A stretch of 53,788 nucleotides of DNA from Rhizobium sp. (GTDB taxonomy: Bacteria; Pseudomonadota; Alphaproteobacteria; Rhizobiales; Rhizobiaceae). Made by a program: the position numbers and the translations under genes. The DNA is taken from the NCBI GenBank assembly GCA_036722275.1, contig DAIMJJ010000001.1:1-53788 (forward strand), read 5' to 3'. Positions 48,902-53,788 of this stretch are shown here, in pieces. Position 1 is the stretch's first letter, and each line of letters starts with the position of its first letter. The notes below the pieces were generated by a model. That model saw only the letters and a list, made by a program, of their open reading frames with translations. It was not told where the DNA came from and did not search any database.

Positions 48902-49834
48902 CTAACGCGACACGAGCTTGAAGGCGGGGGGAACGCCGCGGCCGGCAAGGCGCGGCCTTGGCGATTGCGACAGGTGTATATGCACACGCATAAGATCGGC
49001 GGCAAGCTCCAACTGGCCGCGCTCGATCTGCTCCAGGATCTGGATATGCTCGAGATTGGACTGGGTCAGCCGATAGGTGTTAACATGCCCCGCCGCGGCA
49101 TTCGCGCGCCGGCGGCGATGATGGTTGACCAGAGCCTCCGCCATGAACGGATTGCCGCAGCCGCGCGCGACCAGCATGTGGAAATCGAAGTCGGTGCGCT
49201 CGAACAGTTTGCGGTCGAAATCGGCCTCGCTCATGTTGCGGAGGATCAGCATGGATTGCCGAAGCGCCGTCAGCGCCGGCAAGTCCCGCCGGAAGTCCGG
49301 CAGCGTCAGCGCCAATGGCTCGGTCGCCAGACGAAACTCGTAGGACTTGGCGACCGCATCCGCCCCCAGCGCAAACTGCTTGAGCAGCCATTGCTGGCCG
49401 ACGCCGCGCTCCGCCAGATTCTCCTCAGAGAGTTTTTGTAACGCATTTTGTACCGCCTGACGCGAGGCGTCATAGCGCCGCTGCAGCCCGGCGACCGTCT
49501 GTGCCTCGGCAATGCGTCCCGCCGACAGATCGCGCAGGATGGCGGCGTAAATCTCGGTTCCGCCGTCACTGTCGCCCACATCGTCCAGCCGCGGCACGGT
49601 CACCGGATCGACCGAAAGAAGAAAGCCGCCGTCGGCATCCGCCGTGACCAAGTCCTGCTCCGCAAGCACCTGAAGCGCCTTGCGAACCGGCGTTCTCGAC
49701 ACATTGCAGTGCGACGCCAGCGCCTGTTCCGCCAGTCGCTCGCCCGGCGACATGCCGCGCTCGCTGGCAAAATCCAGTATTCTTTGCGCCAACTCGACAT
49801 GGCGGTGATGAATGCGTCCCGGCTCTGTCGCCAT
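48902..49834 (-). CDS. GntR regulator with two wHTH domains plus FCD
   Basis: VSRTPVRKAL and ASRQAVQNAL, then DFDFH and EH motifs. Confidence 0.82.
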   Translation of the reverse strand: MATEPGRIHHRHVELAQRILDFASERGMSPGERLAEQALASHCNVSRTPVRKALQVLAEQDLVTADADGGFLLSVDPVTVPRLDDVGDSDGGTEIYAAILRDLSAGRIAEAQTVAGLQRRYDASRQAVQNALQKLSEENLAERGVGQQWLLKQFALGADAVAKSYEFRLATEPLALTLPDFRRDLPALTALRQSMLILRNMSEADFDRKLFERTDFDFHMLVARGCGNPFMAEALVNHHRRRRANAAAGHVNTYRLTQSNLEHIQILEQIERGQLELAADLMRVHIHLSQSPRPRLAGRGVPPAFKLVSR

Positions 49835-49939
49835 GCCACACCTTATGTTCACAAAGACCGCATGCTGGCCTTTACCGGCCGGTTGCGCAAGCTCTTCCGG
49901 AGCAATTCTGGCACCAGTTCAAAAAATGTAAAATCCCTA

Positions 49940-49967
49940 TTGACGTATTTTTTTTATAAATAATACT
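49940..49967 (+). promoter_or_regulatory. AT-rich sigma-70-like promoter and candidate operator
   Basis: TTGACG...TAATACT overlapping an imperfect palindrome GTATT...AATAC in the divergent intergenic region. Confidence 0.45.
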
Positions 49968-50047
49968 GCCCACCAACGGCGACATGAGATCGGGATACCG
50001 ACGTCTCGCCGCATGAGGTTGGAACAATCAACAAAAGGGAGAGATCC

Positions 50048-51115
50048 GTGCGAACTCAAAGCGGATACGCCAAGACTTGCGCCTTTGCAGGCAGACTGCT
50101 CGCCGCCACCATGCTCACCGGCGTCGGCGCCGCCCAGGCCGCCGATCTCGTCATCTCGAACTGGGATGGCTACATGGCGAAGGATATCGCCGAAACCTTC
50201 AAGGCCGCCACCGGCCTGGAGATCGAGGTGGTCAACCACGCCACCAACGAAGAAATCATGGGCAAGCTGATGGCGGGCAAGGGCAAGGGCTACGACGTCG
50301 TGTTCGTCTCCTCCCCCTTTGCCGAGATCCTCAACCATCAGGGCCTGGTCGAACCACTCGACAAGGCCGCCATCCCGAACCTGGCCAATCTTTACCCCGA
50401 GGCCTCGAACCTCGCCTACGACGCGGGCAACGCCTATTCCGTACCCTATACCTGGGGCACCACCGGTCTTTGCTATCGCTCCGATCTCGTCAAGGCCGCG
50501 CCCGACAGCTGGATGAACCTGCTGCAGCCGGCCGACGACATCAAGGGCAAGACGACCATGCTGGCGACCGACCGCTGGCTGATGGCTGCCGGCGAGCTTG
50601 CCAAGGGCTACTCCGTCAACGAGACCGACCCGGCAAAGCTCGCCGAGGTCAAGGATCTGCTGATCGAGGCCAAGAAGACCCTTCTCGCCTATGACGACAC
50701 CACCTTCTACTCCAAGCTGGTATCGGGCGAAGCCTCGCTCGTGCACGCCTGGGACGGCTGGTGCAACTACGGCATCACCGAGAACAAGGACATCAAGTTC
50801 GTGGTGCCGAAGGAAGGCTCGGATCTCTGGGTCGACACCATCGTCGTCATGAAGAATTCGGAGAAGAAGGAAGCGGCGATGCAGTTCATCAACTTCATCC
50901 TCGATGCTTCCAACCATGCCTGGGCCGCCGAAAACATCCTCTACAAGGTGCCAAACCGGGCCGCGATGGAGAGCCTCGACAAGGCCCTGCTCGAACAGTA
51001 CCCGAACATGTCCATGACGCCGGAAGAGCTCACCAAGTATGAACTGTTGCGTGATCTCGGTCCGGCCCAGAAGGACTATTCTCGCGCTGTGAGCGAGATC
51101 AAGGCCGCCAACTAA
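50048..51115 (+). CDS. Polyamine ABC binding protein (PotD/PotF-like)
   Basis: Signal peptide ending AQA, ISNWDGY, YSVPYTWGTTG, PKEGSDLWVD. Confidence 0.9.
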   Translation: MRTQSGYAKTCAFAGRLLAATMLTGVGAAQAADLVISNWDGYMAKDIAETFKAATGLEIEVVNHATNEEIMGKLMAGKGKGYDVVFVSSPFAEILNHQGLVEPLDKAAIPNLANLYPEASNLAYDAGNAYSVPYTWGTTGLCYRSDLVKAAPDSWMNLLQPADDIKGKTTMLATDRWLMAAGELAKGYSVNETDPAKLAEVKDLLIEAKKTLLAYDDTTFYSKLVSGEASLVHAWDGWCNYGITENKDIKFVVPKEGSDLWVDTIVVMKNSEKKEAAMQFINFILDASNHAWAAENILYKVPNRAAMESLDKALLEQYPNMSMTPEELTKYELLRDLGPAQKDYSRAVSEIKAAN

Positions 51116-51148
51116 GGCCGATCCCAGCAAGACCCGAACACAGCAAGA

Positions 51149-51178
51149 CGATGAGGGAGATGTCGGTCTCCCTCATCG
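51149..51178. other. Intercistronic hairpin 3' of the binding-protein gene
   Basis: CGATGAGGGAGA-TGTCGG-TCTCCCTCATCG, 12-bp perfect stem. Confidence 0.6.
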
Positions 51179-51245
51179 GCACCCTTTCGGCTGCCGTGCC
51201 CGATGGCCGGCCGCTGTGGCCAATCCTGCGCCCGGAACCCCGTGC

Positions 51246-52109
51246 ATGTCCTATCAATCCGCCCGATCGAACCTGCTGACCGCGCCGGCCGTCGCCTGGC
51301 TCGTGGCGTTCATGGTGGCGCCCTGCCTGCTCATCCTGTCCTACGCCTTCTTCGAGCGCGGCATGTGGGGTGGCGTTGAATACACCTTCACGCTGGAGAA
51401 CTTCAGCCGTGTCCTCGACCCGCTCTATGCGAAGATCTTCCTGACCTCGGCGCGGATCGCCGGCCTGGCAACGCTGTTTGCCATTCTCATCGCCTATCCG
51501 GCCGCCTATGCGATCAGCCGCGCCCCGCGCATGCGCCAGCCCATGCTGCTGTTCTTCGCGGTCCTGCCCTTCTGGAGCAATTATCTCATCCGCACCTATG
51601 CCTGGATGGTGCTCTTGAACCGCGAGGGCCTCGTCAACAACCTGCTGCGCTGGGCGGGCTATGAGGGCGAGCCCCTGTCCCTGCTCTACACTGAAGGCGC
51701 GGTGATCGTCGGCCTCGTCTACAATTACCTGCCCTTCGTCATTCTCGCGATCTATTCGACGCTGTCACGCCTCAATCCGGAATTGATGGAAGCCTCGCGC
51801 GATCTGGGCGGCGGCCCGATCCGGACCTTCTGGCGGGTCACCCTGCCGCTCACCATGCCCGGCGTGGCAGCGGGCGGCGTCTTCGTTTTCGTGCTGTCGA
51901 TCGGCAATTTCGTAACCCCCGCCCTGCTTGGCGGTGGCCGCTTCCAGATGATCGGCAATGTCGTCTACGACCAGTTCCTGACTGCCAATGACTGGCCCTT
52001 CGGCGCCGCCCTCGGCCTGGTGCTGATCGCCATCATGATCATTCTGCTCATGCTGCAGGCCAGGGCGACCGCCCGCGCAAGCGGCGAGCATACGAGGGTC
52101 GAAGCATGA
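51246..52109 (+). CDS. PotB-like permease
   Basis: [34 protein letters not shown]. Confidence 0.9.
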   Translation: MSYQSARSNLLTAPAVAWLVAFMVAPCLLILSYAFFERGMWGGVEYTFTLENFSRVLDPLYAKIFLTSARIAGLATLFAILIAYPAAYAISRAPRMRQPMLLFFAVLPFWSNYLIRTYAWMVLLNREGLVNNLLRWAGYEGEPLSLLYTEGAVIVGLVYNYLPFVILAIYSTLSRLNPELMEASRDLGGGPIRTFWRVTLPLTMPGVAAGGVFVFVLSIGNFVTPALLGGGRFQMIGNVVYDQFLTANDWPFGAALGLVLIAIMIILLMLQARATARASGEHTRVEA

Positions 52110-52894
52110 AAACGGCAAATTCCTCGCGCCTGCCGGGCCGCCTCGTCCTTATCGCGGTGTTCGGCTTTCTCTACCTGCCGATCGCAGTCCTGGTGGCGCT
52201 GTCCTTCAACGAGGCAGGCCTGCCGACCAGCTGGTCCGGCTTCTCGTTCAAATGGTACGCGGCGCTGGCCGGCAATCACGAGATCCTCGGCGCCGCCTGG
52301 AACACGCTGGTGGTCGCGGTCTTTGCGACGCTGATCTCGACCGCGCTCGGCACGCTGCTGGCACTCGGCATGGAGACCCGCCGGCGCAAGAGCAGCGGAC
52401 TGGAAGCGCTCGCTTTCGCCCCCATGGTCATTCCCGACATCGTGCTGGCCGTGGCGCTTCTCACCTTCTTCTCGCTGCTCAATGTCACGCTCGGCCTGCA
52501 CACCATCGTCATCAGCCACGTGATCTTCGACCTCGCCTTCGTCAGCTCGGTCGTGCGGGCCCGCCTCAAGCACTTCGATTACTCGATCGTCGAGGCGTCG
52601 CGCGATCTCGGCGCCTCCGGATGGACCACCTTCTGGCGGGTGACCTTCCCGGTCCTCCTGCCGGCGATCATTGCCGGCGGTCTGCTCGCCTTCACGCTGT
52701 CGGTCGACGAATTCATCATCGCCTTCTTCACCGCCGGCGCCGGCCGTTCCTCGATCACGCTGCCGATCCAGATCTATTCGATGATCCGCTTCGGCATAAC
52801 GCCGGAAATCAACGCTCTCGCCACGATCGTCATGGGGGTGAGCGCGCTCGCCCTCCTCACCTCCCAATGGCTCAACAAAGAACAGATGCAATGA
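52106..52894 (+). CDS. PotC-like permease
   Basis: [33 protein letters not shown]. Confidence 0.9.
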   Translation: MKTANSSRLPGRLVLIAVFGFLYLPIAVLVALSFNEAGLPTSWSGFSFKWYAALAGNHEILGAAWNTLVVAVFATLISTALGTLLALGMETRRRKSSGLEALAFAPMVIPDIVLAVALLTFFSLLNVTLGLHTIVISHVIFDLAFVSSVVRARLKHFDYSIVEASRDLGASGWTTFWRVTFPVLLPAIIAGGLLAFTLSVDEFIIAFFTAGAGRSSITLPIQIYSMIRFGITPEINALATIVMGVSALALLTSQWLNKEQMQ

Positions 52895-53788
52895 CCGAGA
52901 CCTCCCATTCCTACGAACCGATCCTCTCGATCGACGGTCTCTACAAGAGCTTCGGACCGGTCACCGCCGTCGATCACGTGTCGCTCAACATCCGCAAGAA
53001 CGAGTTCTTCGCGCTGCTGGGTCCGTCCGGCTGCGGCAAGACCACGCTGCTGCGCATGCTGGCCGGCTTCGAGACCCCGACCGGCGGGCGCATCCTCCTG
53101 GAGGGCAAGGACATTTCCGCCCTGCCGCCGGAGCGCCGGCCTCTCAACCTGATGTTCCAGTCCTATGCGCTCTTTCCGCACATGACGGTCGCCAAGAACC
53201 TCGCCTACGGGCTGGAAATGGACCGCCTGCCGAAGACCGAGATCGCCCGGCGGATCGAGGAGATCATGGCGGTGACGGATCTCGCCCAGTTCGCCGGCCG
53301 CAAGCCTGACCAGCTGTCCGGCGGCCAGAGGCAGCGCGTGGCGCTGGCGCGCGCGCTGGTCAAGCGGCCCAAGGTGCTGCTGCTCGACGAACCGCTCGGC
53401 GCGCTCGACAAGAAGCTGCGCGAGCGCATGCAGCTCGAGCTGAAACGGCTTCAGCACGAGGTCGGTATCACCTTCATCATCGTTACCCATGACCAGGAAG
53501 AAGCCCTGGTCATGGCCGACAGGATGGCAATCCTCAAGGACGGCAAGCTCCTGCAGTGCGGCTCTCCGGAGGACGTCTACGAGACGCCCGCGGACCGCTT
53601 CGTCGCCAATTTCATCGGCGTGATGAACTTCATGGAAGGCACGGTCGGTCAGGACGGACACTTCGTCGCGGAAAGCCTGAACATCAAGGTTTCGACCGAG
53701 ATCCGGGGCCTGGCCACGCTTGCCGTCCGGCCCGAGAACATCACCGTGACCGCCGGCGGCGCCGGCTGCGAGGGCAAGATCGTCGACA
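52891..53788 (+). CDS. PotA-like ATPase, 3'-truncated by the window edge
   Basis: Read by hand from the ATG at 52891: [34 protein letters not shown]; absent from the ORF track because there is no stop. Confidence 0.9.
   Translation, partial: MTETSHSYEPILSIDGLYKSFGPVTAVDHVSLNIRKNEFFALLGPSGCGKTTLLRMLAGFETPTGGRILLEGKDISALPPERRPLNLMFQSYALFPHMTVAKNLAYGLEMDRLPKTEIARRIEEIMAVTDLAQFAGRKPDQLSGGQRQRVALARALVKRPKVLLLDEPLGALDKKLRERMQLELKRLQHEVGITFIIVTHDQEEALVMADRMAILKDGKLLQCGSPEDVYETPADRFVANFIGVMNFMEGTVGQDGHFVAESLNIKVSTEIRGLATLAVRPENITVTAGGAGCEGKIVD

Noticed and set aside
1..53788. CRISPR arrays, tRNA/rRNA, riboswitches, IS elements, prophage or defence systems
   Set aside because: None recognised by eye; intergenic gaps are short and no transposase, integrase or nuclease motifs were seen. 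An Rfam scan would be needed to exclude small RNAs.

Overview
GC-rich alphaproteobacterial DNA, most likely Rhizobiaceae and probably a chromid or secondary-replicon-like region (ftsK paralog plus minCDE among catabolic operons). It is densely coding, and I saw no rRNA, tRNA, CRISPR, phage or IS element. In order, it holds: (1) a PAS protein plus a sigma-54 activator converging on a PotABCD-like ABC operon that has a perfect -24/-12 promoter; (2) an FtsK paralog with no membrane domain; (3) an NsrR-like Rrf2 regulator, a rubrerythrin/ferritin-like diiron protein and a complete clade I nosRZDFYLX cluster behind a perfect FNR-type box; (4) the smo sorbitol/mannitol operon, whose smoF is frameshifted; (5) an uncharacterised 12-gene catabolic operon under a divergent GntR (hydantoin racemase, two amidohydrolases with altered metal motifs, VOC protein, peptide-type ABC transporter, a second binding protein lacking a signal peptide, DHDPS-like aldolase, SDR); (6) minCDE with CtrA boxes and an in-frame TAG in minE; (7) a tandem-wHTH GntR, a GT1 glycosyltransferase lacking the catalytic His and an ALDH10-like dehydrogenase, divergent from a second polyamine ABC transporter. 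The best candidates for undescribed systems are (7), (5) and the nos-linked diiron/Rrf2 pair. All calls come from reading motifs by eye; no database search was run.
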